Source of the DNA: Spirochaetota bacterium
GTDB taxonomy: Bacteria > Spirochaetota > UBA4802 > UBA5368
Length of the DNA: 64,000 nucleotides
Assembly (NCBI GenBank): GCA_035477215.1
Contig: DATIKU010000034.1
Location: forward strand, 70,037-134,036
Direction of reading: 5' to 3'
The translations under genes and the position numbers were made by a program. Positions 47,433 through 57,174 of the stretch are shown one piece after another. Position 1 is the stretch's first letter. Each line of letters starts with the position of its first letter. The notes under the pieces are model-generated. The model did no database searches. It was not told the origin of the DNA and worked only from the letters and a program-made list of their open reading frames with translations.

Positions 47433-49601
47433 ATGGTAAGCCTGGACGCCAACGGAATTTATTACAGAATGCTCAACCGGCACGTTCGCGAGGTTCTTGC
47501 GCGCGGCGAGCGGGAGGTGTTGATCAACAACGTGCTCGGCCAGCGTTACATCGGAGGGGGGCTGAACGCGAAGGCGCGGATACTCATCCACGGAACGCCC
47601 GGGCAGGACCTCGGCGCGTTCATGAACGGCCCGGAGATCGTCGTATTCGGCAACGCGCAGGACGGCACCGCCAATACCATGAACGCGGGAAAGATAGTTG
47701 TGCACGGCAAGGCCGGCGAAATACCGGGCCACTCGATGCGCGGCGGCAAGGTGTTCATCAAGGGAGACGTTGAGTATCGGGCCGGCATACACATGAAGGA
47801 ATACCTCGAGCAGGTGCCCTGCCTGGTTATCGGTGGGACGACGAAGGACTACTGCGGCGAATACATGGCCGGCGGAAAGATCATCGTACTGAACCTCGAA
47901 AACCGCAAAGGCTCCCCGGTAGGGCACAGCGTGGGCACCGGTATACATGGAGGGGCCATCTTTATCCGCGGAGTCGTAGAGCCCTACCAGCTCGGCCCCG
48001 GCGCCGTCTTCGCCGATATCGACGCCGAAGATATGACGTTTCTTCAAAGCGCGCTCGGCGAGTTTTCCGAGGACCTCACGATCGAGCTGCCCGAAAGCAT
48101 TTACGGTGAATTCGTAAAGATTACCCATAAAGGCCACCGGCCGTTTGAAAAGTTGTACACCCCGGGTATCAATATTCGTACCGACACGCCCCGGCACCTC
48201 AACCTGACGCCTCCGTGCACCTACAGCTGTCCGGCGATGATTCCGACGCCGGTTTATTTCAACCTGATCAGGGATGGGAAGCTGCGTGAGGCGCAGACGC
48301 TCATGGACGAGTTCACTCCTTTCAGAATGTCGGTCTGCGCTACCGTGTGTCCCGCACCCTGCATGCAGTCGTGCAGCAGGGCGATGATCGACGGTCCTCT
48401 CGAGATTCAGAAACTGGCGCGGGAGTTCTATCCCGATTTCAACCCCCTCCGGGCGAAAACGCGCCGTAAAGAAAGCGTCGCGTTAATAGGCGCGGGGCCG
48501 GCGGGCCTTTCGGCGGCGTGGCAGCTCGCCCGGCGCGGGTACGCGGTTTCGGTATACGACGCCGCGGACGACCTGGGCGGCAAGCTTCGCAAGGCGATAC
48601 CGCGCGAGCGCCTTTCGGACGAAACGCTCGAGAAGGACATACGGCGAATCAGGTCCCTGCCCATAAAGTTCCACCTTAAACAGGCGGTCGACGCGGCGGC
48701 TTTCGGGAAAATCCGCGGGGCGAACGACCTGGTGCTCGCCGCCACCGGCGCTCATATATCGAAAACGATCCCCTTCGCCGGGGGTGAGCGGATTCTTTCG
48801 GGCCTGAAGTTCCTCGTCGATATAAACGAGGGCAGAAGTATGGATCTGCATGGCAGGGAACTGGTCGTTATCGGCGCGGGCAATGTGGGAATGGATATTG
48901 CGTGCGAGGCGTGGCGCCTTGGGGCTAAACGAGTAACGGCGATCGATGTTCAGAAGCCCCTGGCCTTCGGCAAAGAGCTGGACATGGCGCGAAAGCTCGG
49001 CACCGGAATACTGTGGCCCCGCCACATCGACCGGCTTGACGAGCGTCGCGTCTATTTCAAGGACGGGACCGACCTCAGGGCGGACGTTGTGATTTTCAGC
49101 ATCGGCGAGTTGCCCGAATCCTCGTACCTGCCGGAGTCGGTGATGCGCGATGACAGAGGATATGTTATCACATCGGACAAATCGTTCAGGACAAGCGATG
49201 TCGCGATATACGCATGCGGCGATTTGTTAAAGCCGGGACTCGTCACGGACGCCATCGGGAGCGGCCGGCTCGCCGCCATGCAGATGCATGCTGCCTGCGC
49301 CGAGAAGCCCTTCGTTTATCCGGAGCGGCATCTCGTTCCTCGGAGGAGGATCCAGGCGGCCTATTTCGGAAGTGAATCGCGCGAGCTCGACCGCTGCATA
49401 AGCTGCGGAACCTGCGTCTTTTGCGATAAATGCGTCGATGCGTGTCCGCAGCGGGCGCTTTCGCGCAACGGCGAGATATTCACCATCGATTCGGTGCTGT
49501 GCACAGGCTGTTTCACCTGTGTCAATGTCTGTCCCAGGGGGGCGATTCAGGGCGATGATGTCGCCGATTTCGCACGGGATACGATGGAGAACGAGGGATA
49601 G
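47433..49601 (+). CDS. fusion of glutamate synthase GXGXG (alpha-subunit C-terminal) domain with GltD-like NAD(P)H-dependent FAD/Fe-S small subunit
   Basis: N-terminal GXGXG repeats (NNVLGQRYIGGGLNAKARILIHGTPGQDLGAFMNGPEIVVFGNAQD...) followed by VALIGAGPAGLSAAWQLARRG (FAD), a second dinucleotide site VVIGAGNVGMD, and C-terminal Cys clusters. Confidence 0.8.
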   Translation: MVSLDANGIYYRMLNRHVREVLARGEREVLINNVLGQRYIGGGLNAKARILIHGTPGQDLGAFMNGPEIVVFGNAQDGTANTMNAGKIVVHGKAGEIPGHSMRGGKVFIKGDVEYRAGIHMKEYLEQVPCLVIGGTTKDYCGEYMAGGKIIVLNLENRKGSPVGHSVGTGIHGGAIFIRGVVEPYQLGPGAVFADIDAEDMTFLQSALGEFSEDLTIELPESIYGEFVKITHKGHRPFEKLYTPGINIRTDTPRHLNLTPPCTYSCPAMIPTPVYFNLIRDGKLREAQTLMDEFTPFRMSVCATVCPAPCMQSCSRAMIDGPLEIQKLAREFYPDFNPLRAKTRRKESVALIGAGPAGLSAAWQLARRGYAVSVYDAADDLGGKLRKAIPRERLSDETLEKDIRRIRSLPIKFHLKQAVDAAAFGKIRGANDLVLAATGAHISKTIPFAGGERILSGLKFLVDINEGRSMDLHGRELVVIGAGNVGMDIACEAWRLGAKRVTAIDVQKPLAFGKELDMARKLGTGILWPRHIDRLDERRVYFKDGTDLRADVVIFSIGELPESSYLPESVMRDDRGYVITSDKSFRTSDVAIYACGDLLKPGLVTDAIGSGRLAAMQMHAACAEKPFVYPERHLVPRRRIQAAYFGSESRELDRCISCGTCVFCDKCVDACPQRALSRNGEIFTIDSVLCTGCFTCVNVCPRGAIQGDDVADFARDTMENEG

Positions 49602-49627
49602 GAAAAGGGGCGCGGGATGGCACCCCT

Positions 49628-50386
49628 TCAGGTGTCCTGTTTGATCACCTTTCGAAGGCTCTTCTCAAGATAATTAACATGCAGGATGATGAGCTTTTTG
49701 GCGGTCACCCCGTCGCGGGCTTCGATCGCCTCGATGATCTTCACATGATGTTCGTACAGGGCGCGCGAGCTCCCCTTTACCTTGCTGAGCTTCTCGCGGC
49801 TGTAGGGAAGGACCCCCCTGATGATAGACGATATGGCCTTGAGCATGTGGGAGAAGATGGTGTTGTTGGTGGCGTCGTACAGATCGTTGTAAAACTCGCC
49901 GTACAGCTTCCCCCCCTCCTTGGTCAGAATGATTTTGTCGATTCCCATGGCGTCGGCCCGGTCCTTGAACGCGTAGAGCTTTTTTATCTGTTTTTCCGTG
50001 GCGGTTTCCGCGGCGAGTGCGGCCGCCTCGGAATCGATGATCCTGCGCACGGTCAGGAGTTCCCAGATCTTTCTGTGGTCGACGAGAATCATGCCCTCGA
50101 TGGGAGAGCGGAGCGCGTTGTCCACGACCGATTTGACGTATTTCCCCTTCCTGCCCTGTGATTCTATGAAGCCCTTGGCCTCCAGTAGTTTCATCGCTTC
50201 CCTGAGCGATATCCTGCTGATGCCGAAACGCCTGGTCATTTCGAGTTCGGATGGAAGCCTGTCTCCGGGCTTAAGGACCCCGGTCGTGATAAGCTCCACC
50301 ACCTGGGTTACGACCATGCTGGGTATATCCGGGGCTTTTTCAATCCGGTTTATCGTGATATCAACGCTTTTCGCTCGTTTTTCCAT
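49628..50386 (-). CDS. GntR/FadR-family transcriptional regulator
   Basis: N-terminal winged HTH ...GDRLPSELEMTRRFGISRISLREAMKLLEAKGFIE plus FCD-like C-terminal domain. Confidence 0.8.
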   Translation of the reverse strand: MEKRAKSVDITINRIEKAPDIPSMVVTQVVELITTGVLKPGDRLPSELEMTRRFGISRISLREAMKLLEAKGFIESQGRKGKYVKSVVDNALRSPIEGMILVDHRKIWELLTVRRIIDSEAAALAAETATEKQIKKLYAFKDRADAMGIDKIILTKEGGKLYGEFYNDLYDATNNTIFSHMLKAISSIIRGVLPYSREKLSKVKGSSRALYEHHVKIIEAIEARDGVTAKKLIILHVNYLEKSLRKVIKQDT

Positions 50387-50731
50387 CGCGCTCTCCGTCG
50401 GACTTTTTTTATACGGATCAGCTCAGACGCGTCCGGCATCCGAAATATTCCGCAACTTTGTTGAAAAATATATTATTACAAAATTAGTGCAACGGTTAAG
50501 CGACAGGTCCGATCCTTTATAATACGGTATAATATATCTCAATCTGTACAATATACAACAAAAACAAAATAAACGAGTCAATTCTTTTGAATACCTTTGT
50601 TCGGGCGCGCGGGAAGCCCCTTTTTCTTTACGCTTCTCCCGTGATCGGCCGCGAAAGCGGCCCGCACGCTTGGAATGCTCCGGATACCGGACGCGCAAAT
50701 CGGAATATCGCTCTTTATTTTCCGGTCCGAT

Positions 50732-50798
50732 CGATTGTATGACGGGCACGGGACGTTCCGATTGTGCGACGGCAATGCGTATTGTAATTGTGTAATAC
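50732..50798. promoter_or_regulatory. array of ATTGT-containing direct repeats (CGATTGTATGACGGG / CGATTGTGCGACGGC plus ATTGTAATTGTGTAAT), candidate GntR-type operator sites
   Basis: Two 15-nt direct repeats with 27-nt periodicity, each containing GT-N3-AC cores, plus two further ATTGT copies; in the 680-bp AT-rich spacer between gntR and the hypothetical gene. Confidence 0.3.
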
Positions 50799-50943
50799 TA
50801 TATATATGCAATTATGTCAACTAAAAATATTATAGTATGTGTGTGGCCCATCGGACCTCCCATCTGGGCGCCGGACAGGCTAAAGTCGCCGAAATTGGCA
50901 GCACAGTCGATTCCGTACAAAAATAATATAAAGAAGAAAATAT

Positions 50944-50972
50944 TTGACAAAAGCGATTGCCGGTAATAAAAT
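50944..50972 (+). promoter_or_regulatory. candidate sigma70 promoter (TTGACA-N17-TAAAAT) for the hypothetical gene at 51065
   Basis: Consensus -35, 17-nt spacer, 5/6 -10; GGAGGTG RBS downstream. Confidence 0.4.
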
Positions 50973-51064
50973 ACTCTCGGGTTTTGATGAGACTGAATGA
51001 TGCGTAAAGGAGTGACGCGTCATTCCCCGGAACACATCATCGAGGGCGACATGGAGGTGGGTGC

Positions 51065-51976
51065 ATGATGACGAGGATGAGAAGCGGACGGGCGATCGCA
51101 ATGGTGATGCTGTTCTTTGTCGCTTTGGCGGCGCTGCCGGTCTACGCTTATTTGGGAAGGAGCATCGACTATATTCCGATCGAGGTTGAGACGATCTCCC
51201 GCTTTACCGAAGACAGGATTGCCTATCAGCAGTTTCAGACCGCGCCGAATCTGGGAAGAGATGATTCGCTCGCGAGCCTTTTGATAATAAAAGACAGGAA
51301 GATGTATCTTCTTAAAGACGGATTCGATGATCCCCGGATCGTGCGTGCGCAACAGTTAATTATCGAAAAGCAGAGCGCTATCTTAGGGGATGTCTGGGTC
51401 AATAAAATCAACGACAAGCCGGATTATATCCGCATCACCGAGCGCCGCATCGAACTCATGAAGAATTTCGGAGAGGAATTCGTCTCCAAGCAGTTCGGGC
51501 CGTTTTATATCTCGGTCCGTAACGCGTTTCTCAATAAGCACATCGCGACGTTCAGGCAATTGATGAACGACAGGGCCGAGTCAGGCCTTGTCGTTGAGCG
51601 CATCCCCCTTCAGGCGCCGATATATATCGGCGCTCCTAATGAACAGACGAAGTATGCCACCTACGTTATCGGGAAGACCATTGATGAAAGACTGTACTAT
51701 GCCATCGACGCGGACGGGGACGGCGTAACCGAAACATTTACCGTGAGCATTCCAGACGGGTTCCACTGGGGATACAAGTCGGGCCCCAATATCATCCTCA
51801 TTTTAAACAATACCGACGAGGAAATCAAGGGGATTATAGGAAAGCTCGCTCACGAGGCGTACTACGGCACGCCGGACGAGGAGAAAAACATCATTCAGAC
51901 CTTCCCCAAGGATTCGGATATCATACGGCAATTCAACCTCGACGCGGCCGTCAGGGCTTCCGATACCAAAAAGTAA
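51065..51976 (+). CDS. hypothetical secreted protein
   Basis: Signal peptide (AMVMLFFVALAALPVYA); 303 aa; no recognisable family; flanked by an unusually long AT-rich upstream region. Confidence 0.5.
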   Translation: MMTRMRSGRAIAMVMLFFVALAALPVYAYLGRSIDYIPIEVETISRFTEDRIAYQQFQTAPNLGRDDSLASLLIIKDRKMYLLKDGFDDPRIVRAQQLIIEKQSAILGDVWVNKINDKPDYIRITERRIELMKNFGEEFVSKQFGPFYISVRNAFLNKHIATFRQLMNDRAESGLVVERIPLQAPIYIGAPNEQTKYATYVIGKTIDERLYYAIDADGDGVTETFTVSIPDGFHWGYKSGPNIILILNNTDEEIKGIIGKLAHEAYYGTPDEEKNIIQTFPKDSDIIRQFNLDAAVRASDTKK

Positions 51977-52034
51977 AGTCAAATACCGGTATATGCAATC
52001 AGCAGAGCGGGGTCGAAAACCCGCTCTTGGCGTT

Positions 52035-52925
52035 TTAGCCGGCCCGAATGCCCGCCGCTTTCCTGAGTTCCTCGAGGAGGCGGTAGTCGTTGCCCTCTAT
52101 CCCTCCCATCGCCACGCGGGGCTTGGTGGTGGGGCCGTGGAAGTCGGAGCCGGCGGTCACCAGAAGGCCGGTCTTCCGCGCATACGAAAGATAAAACTCG
52201 ATATCTTCCGGCTCGTGATAGCTTGAAACTGCCTCGATGCCCAGGATGCCGTATTCGCGAATTATATCGAGCCATTCCTTTTCGCGCACGAATTTGGGAT
52301 GTGCGAGGACCGGAACGCCGCCCGCGCTTTTTATCGCCTCTATTCCTTCGGCGGTCGATATGGATTCGAACGGCACATAAGCGGGTTTCCCCTCGAGCAG
52401 GTATTCGCGGTAGAAATGGAACAGTCGATTGTCCGCCTTGTCTCCTGTGATGTAATCGTCAAGACGCGGGTCGGAAGCGTTGTTCCAGTTTTCAAGAACC
52501 GCACGCATGATGGCGGTTGCGGTCGGCGCGCGCCCTTCCGCGATTTTCCATACCCAGTCTTCATCGAGTGCGAAGCCTATCGCATGGAGGGCTTTTATGC
52601 GGTTTTTGGCGACGGTGACGCGGCAGGCGTGGATCTTTTCCAGCGCAGAGTTGAGCCGCTCGTTGGTTTCGTCGATATAATAACCCAGAATATGCTGCTG
52701 CGAGCCGTCAACGGGGAAAACCGTGGTTACTTCGACGCCCGGCGCGTACTCGACGCCGTACCGTTCCGACGCGTCCGCGCAGTCGGCGATTGACTCGAGC
52801 GAATCGTGGTCGGTTATGGAAATCGCATGAAGGCCCGCCGCGCGGGCGATTGAGAACAGCTCATCGACGGAGTGATCGCCGTCCTCGCTGTAGCGGGAAT
52901 GCATATGAAGATCGATGGTCTTCAT
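52035..52925 (-). CDS. PHP-domain phosphoesterase (TrpH/YciV-like)
   Basis: MKTIDLHMHSRYSEDGDHS...ISITDHD metal-binding motifs of the PHP family. Confidence 0.8.
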   Translation of the reverse strand: MKTIDLHMHSRYSEDGDHSVDELFSIARAAGLHAISITDHDSLESIADCADASERYGVEYAPGVEVTTVFPVDGSQQHILGYYIDETNERLNSALEKIHACRVTVAKNRIKALHAIGFALDEDWVWKIAEGRAPTATAIMRAVLENWNNASDPRLDDYITGDKADNRLFHFYREYLLEGKPAYVPFESISTAEGIEAIKSAGGVPVLAHPKFVREKEWLDIIREYGILGIEAVSSYHEPEDIEFYLSYARKTGLLVTAGSDFHGPTTKPRVAMGGIEGNDYRLLEELRKAAGIRAG

Positions 52926-52955
52926 CGGTACCGCGGGCGCGGCGAAGCGCCCGGC

Positions 52956-53693
52956 CTATTTCCAGTTTTTAATGGTATGAAGGAGTTTTAATCCGTCGTT
53001 TGTCGGGAGGAAGTCGAGCGGATCGAGCGGGATGTCGTTGCACCGGATCTCAAAGTGAAGATGGTTGCCGGTCGAAACCCCCGTGCTCCCGACCAGGCCG
53101 ACTATTTGTCCCTTTTTGACGAAATCACCTTTTTTTACAAAAAGGGCCGAAAGGTGCGAGTATCTCGTGATAAAGCTGTTCCTGTGCTCGATGTCGATGG
53201 TGTTTCCGAAGCCTGCAAGATAGATTGAGCACACCACGCGGCCTTCCATCGACGCGCTCACCGGCTCCCCCCTCCGCGCGGGAATGTCCATGCCGGAGTG
53301 AAAGCGTCCGCCCCGCAGTCCCAGGACTGACGATACGTTTTTGACATCATCAATGGGCCAGATGAATTTATCGTCGGAGGTCTCAATTGCCGAGCGGGTG
53401 ACCCCCCTGGCTGACAGTTTCTCGATATGGCCTTCGGAAAAGGGAACAAAGACATAGGTGCCATGGGACATCTTGCGGGCGGGATTTTCATTGATGGCGT
53501 GGACTTCGTCGACGGTGGTGCCGAATTCACGGGCAATCTGTACGAGCGTGCCGTTGGAGCTCATCATCGTCCACTTTCCAAGCCGTCCCCTGTATTCCTG
53601 AATCTCGGCATTATCGATAAAGACCTTTTCGCGCGCGCCGGCAATTCCAAAGCAGAACAGAAAAATAATAACGCAAATGACGCCTCTCCTCAT
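52956..53693 (-). CDS. M23-family metallopeptidase with N-terminal LysM-like region
   Basis: HSGMDI...GNHLHFEI zinc-binding motifs (HxxxD, HxH); signal/TM at the N-terminus; start refined to the internal ATG before the signal. Confidence 0.8.
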   Translation of the reverse strand: MRRGVICVIIFLFCFGIAGAREKVFIDNAEIQEYRGRLGKWTMMSSNGTLVQIAREFGTTVDEVHAINENPARKMSHGTYVFVPFSEGHIEKLSARGVTRSAIETSDDKFIWPIDDVKNVSSVLGLRGGRFHSGMDIPARRGEPVSASMEGRVVCSIYLAGFGNTIDIEHRNSFITRYSHLSALFVKKGDFVKKGQIVGLVGSTGVSTGNHLHFEIRCNDIPLDPLDFLPTNDGLKLLHTIKNWK

Positions 53694-54038
53694 TACTCGC
53701 TCTTTCACATTCAAACTCGAAAGCTTACGCTTTCTGCAGGGCCTGACTAAAACGGTTGACTCTTTCGATGTAATCGCCGAACCGGCGACTATCCCTTCCC
53801 AGGATGGCGGCATAATTTATCTGTAGAGCGCCGCCGTGCCCCTGAAACGCCATTTTCTTTCTATCAGCGGGAGCAAAGGTGTCAATAAAAAAAATGATTT
53901 CCGCGACCGGCATGAACGATGAAAAAAGGCCCCTGGAGGGGCCTTTGGCAAGCGCTCAAATCGGCGGGTGAAGCCGCCGGAATGCGTTTCGCGAAATCGC
54001 GCCTGCCGGAGTCGGGCGGCGCTTTCGCGAATGGGGCG

Positions 54039-55424
54039 TCAGGCTATGTGAATTTCCCGTTCTTTCGCCGCGGGCCGTATTCCCATGAGTCCGGCGAGTA
54101 CGGCATTCCAGTTATAGTTTGCCAGCACGTTCCTTCGGGATTTTTCCCGCATGTCGATATAGCCCTCGAGGTCGTTTTCCATAAGGTCGATGATGTATTC
54201 GATCGCCCGGACCCATTCGGTCACGTCGGTTGATGAGGCGACCAGGCCGGTCTCGTTTCGAATGATTATCTCCTGCGGCCCCCCCGCTTCCGATACCACG
54301 GCCGGCAGTCCGCAGGCCTGCGCCTCGAGGACCGACATGCCGAAGGTGTCGGCGATGCTGGGAAACACGAACATATCGGAACCGGCGTAGACGTCGGGAA
54401 GTACCGATTGTTCGAGTTTGCCGGCAAAAACGACCCTGTCGTAGCCGCGCATGGTCTTTTTAATGGTCTCGATGTATGGACCGTCGCCGACCAGGAGCAG
54501 GTTGACGTTTTCCCTTTTGGCGGCGAGCCTCTTGTAGGCCTCCAGGAGCAGGTCGAGGTTTTTATCCTTCGACATCCTGCCCGTAAAGAGGATCGTGACG
54601 CCGTCGCGGATGCCGAAGCGCTCCATGAGCACGGTTTTGCCGGTGTCCTTCATCGAGAAAAAGTCACAATCGAGGCCGCGGCGGAATATCCTCATTTTGG
54701 AGCGGTCGTAGCCGCGCGATTCGATAATGTCCATGTATTCGTGCGTGGGCACGTGGATCTCGTCCATCGAGTTGTAAAACCATATCATCAGCCGCTCGAG
54801 GATATAGGGGATGATGCCGTTACCCACGACCGCCTTGGATTGCAGGTAGAAGTCGGTATGATAGATGCCGACCTTTTTTACGCGCAGGATGTTCGCCGCC
54901 ATCAGTCCGAAAAGACCCACCGGCCCCGGTGTCGAGATGAATATCTCATCGGGCTTGCAGCTTCGAATGAGCTTGAGCGCGCGAATCAGCGCCGGGATCT
55001 TCAGCGTGTACTTGTCGTAGTACGGCAGTTTGAACGCGTAAAGGAACGGCAGGTTGACGAAGTTGGGCGGAAGCTCGTCGGTTATTTCCTCTTCGAGCAG
55101 GGAGGAGACCAGTTTGAGTTTAAGCTTCTTTTCGTGCGCGAGCCAGCCGAGCTTCTTCAGCGTTACCGAAGGCCCGTTGAGGTCGTTTATGGTGTCGGTG
55201 AACCAGAGGATGCGCTTTTCATGGTCGAGTTCACCGCCGGGATACGCGCCGGCCAGAGGCGAAAGGCCCTTCTGCTCGTCGAGAAAAAGGTATTTCACCG
55301 GCGAAAAGAAAGGCATGGAAAAGAAGAGCGAGGCGACCCCCTGGCCCGTTTCGATGGATTTATTTCTTCCGCCGGACCCCCCGGAAATTCTGGAGAATGC
55401 GGCGCCGATTTTATTCAAAAGCAT
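54039..55424 (-). CDS. glycosyltransferase family 4 (GT-B, group 1)
   Basis: C-terminal ...VFPSIADTFGMSVLEAQACGLPAVVSEAGGPQEII, the GT4 signature (E-X7-E-like region). Confidence 0.8.
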   Translation of the reverse strand: MLLNKIGAAFSRISGGSGGRNKSIETGQGVASLFFSMPFFSPVKYLFLDEQKGLSPLAGAYPGGELDHEKRILWFTDTINDLNGPSVTLKKLGWLAHEKKLKLKLVSSLLEEEITDELPPNFVNLPFLYAFKLPYYDKYTLKIPALIRALKLIRSCKPDEIFISTPGPVGLFGLMAANILRVKKVGIYHTDFYLQSKAVVGNGIIPYILERLMIWFYNSMDEIHVPTHEYMDIIESRGYDRSKMRIFRRGLDCDFFSMKDTGKTVLMERFGIRDGVTILFTGRMSKDKNLDLLLEAYKRLAAKRENVNLLLVGDGPYIETIKKTMRGYDRVVFAGKLEQSVLPDVYAGSDMFVFPSIADTFGMSVLEAQACGLPAVVSEAGGPQEIIIRNETGLVASSTDVTEWVRAIEYIIDLMENDLEGYIDMREKSRRNVLANYNWNAVLAGLMGIRPAAKEREIHIA

Positions 55425-55485
55425 GATCGTGGTCCTGTTATGGTGTTCATTTTAATGTGTCGAATCGGACCGTCGGGAACGCGCC

Positions 55486-55629
55486 TCAGCCGCGATCCTT
55501 CTCGAGGGATTCGAGATTGAGTTGACTTTTCTCGCGTTTGCTGATGCGCTGATAGAAGTATTCAACCAGCACCCAGAGGAATGCCGAGAGCCAGAATATA
55601 AAGAAGATTTCAAGTGCCGAGAATTTCAT
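55486..55629 (-). CDS. unannotated 47-aa small membrane protein (below the ORF-track size cutoff)
   Basis: Minus-strand ATG preceded by GAGGAGGAA; translation MKFSALEIFFIFWLSAFLWVLVEYFYQRISKREKSQLNLESLEKDRG has one hydrophobic helix; stop 61 nt upstream of the GT4 start. Confidence 0.4.
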   Translation of the reverse strand: MKFSALEIFFIFWLSAFLWVLVEYFYQRISKREKSQLNLESLEKDRG

Positions 55630-56448
55630 TGTAATTCCTCCTCTGTCATACTATTAAGCATAATGCGTGCCAGTTGTATTTTTAAAGCTCGTTGTAACCC
55701 CTCGTATTTCCAGGGGTTATAAGCGGTAGTGCGGCAGAGGATGGACTTCGCCCCTGTTTGTGGTCTTTTATTAATAACATTGTATCATATATGCAACAGT
55801 TCGGACATGTTGCCGGAGGGCACCTTGTCCTGAGAGCGGTGGCTTTTCGTGTTTAGGCTGTCCGGGCGGCGGAATGAATGCGGGGATTCTCTTCCAAAAC
55901 AAGCGTAACAATGGGTTACAAGCCTTCGTTATGTGTTTTGGTAACTCTGTACAGGAGGAATCGGATCAACCGACACGATATTCCGTTCCGAAAAAGCATA
56001 TCCGGACAATGTCCCAGAACCCGTTCATGGTTTCGACGTTGCGGGCGCACTGCGGACTCAACACCGCCTGGCGCAACGGGCTTTCAGGGGTCTGTGGCAT
56101 TCCCGCGAGAAAAAGGGCCAGGTCGTTCCAGAAGGGATTGAAATAGTACAATCGACACGTTAACTGGTACCGGAATGATCATTTTCGGTCAAAAGGTTAA
56201 TACTATTGTATGTTTTTAGATGTTTTTTTATTGACAAAAAAGAGAATCGTCGTTAATTAACCGATCAATTTAATCGCTTGGTTAATCATTGCCGCCTGTC
56301 AGACCCTCCATCGATTGAAGATCGGATAGATGTTCCGGGCCGGACAGTACGCCAGTCCGGCGGGTTGGTGCCGTCGTATAATAAAGGCACAGGCTGGGCG
56401 GATTTACGGGCCTTCCGGAGCCAAATATATAAAGAACGGGTTAACGTG

Positions 56449-57174
56449 ATGTTAAACACCGATCAGATCCAGACGCGGGAGCGCATACTCCAGGCCGCCA
56501 AAAAGGAATTTGCCGAACGGGGATACGATGGAGCGCGGATGAGCTCCATCGCACGGCGGGCCGGGGTGAATCAAGCCCTTATCCATTATTATTTCGAGAA
56601 CAAGGAGCAGCTATATGTCCGCGTTCTGCACCTCATCCTCGGTGTGGATAGGGAGCCCGAATTCAAGAACGAGGCCGCTTTCGAGGCCCTGACCCCTTCA
56701 CAGCGACTGTACATGGTGCTCTATTTTCTCGTGCACACGCATCTTCAGGAGTACGACCGCGATTTCAACCGCATCATCGCGATCGAGCTGGCGCAGGGGC
56801 ACCGCCATATCAGGGAGATCGTGGCGCGGTATTTCATCCCGCGGATGGAGCGCATCGAGAACACCATCGAGGAGGGGATACGCTCGGGCGAATTCGAGTG
56901 CGAAAATCCCATGCTCTTCGTGCTCAGCCTCATCTCGTTCGTCATCAATTATGGCGACCGCGAGAACTGGGAGGGCACCCCGTGGTTTGAGCGCATATAC
57001 GGGCAAGGTTACAGGGACCGGGTGTTTTCGTTCCTTGTCAACCATACCTTCAAGGCGCTTTGTCGGTCGGGGAGAGGCCATGTCATCCCCTCCATCCCCG
57101 AAAAGGAGATGGAGGTGCTGAAAGATATCGTAGAGAAGACCAATTCCGATAGAAGAGGAGAAATCCGTGCATAA
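56449..57174 (+). CDS. TetR-family transcriptional regulator (efflux operon)
   Basis: HTH ...RILQAAKKEFAERGYDGARMSSIARRAGVNQALIHYYFENKEQL; ATG at 56449 inside a longer track ORF. Confidence 0.8.
   Translation: MLNTDQIQTRERILQAAKKEFAERGYDGARMSSIARRAGVNQALIHYYFENKEQLYVRVLHLILGVDREPEFKNEAAFEALTPSQRLYMVLYFLVHTHLQEYDRDFNRIIAIELAQGHRHIREIVARYFIPRMERIENTIEEGIRSGEFECENPMLFVLSLISFVINYGDRENWEGTPWFERIYGQGYRDRVFSFLVNHTFKALCRSGRGHVIPSIPEKEMEVLKDIVEKTNSDRRGEIRA

Noticed and set aside
49605-49629. Hairpin between convergent glt and gntR as a bidirectional terminator
   Set aside because: Only a 6-bp stem with a 12-nt loop and no U-tract; overlaps the gntR stop codon; too weak to call.
55874-56146. Two overlapping plus-strand ORFs (about 87-90 aa) in the 800-bp spacer before tetR
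   Set aside because: Overlap each other in different frames, no RBS, odd composition; more likely non-coding regulatory DNA for the divergent efflux and GT4 loci.
56256-56286. ATTAACC-N17-GGTTAAT inverted repeat as the TetR operator of the efflux operon
   Set aside because: The spacer is much longer than typical TetR operators and the nearby TTGACA lacks a convincing -10; noted but not confident enough to annotate.
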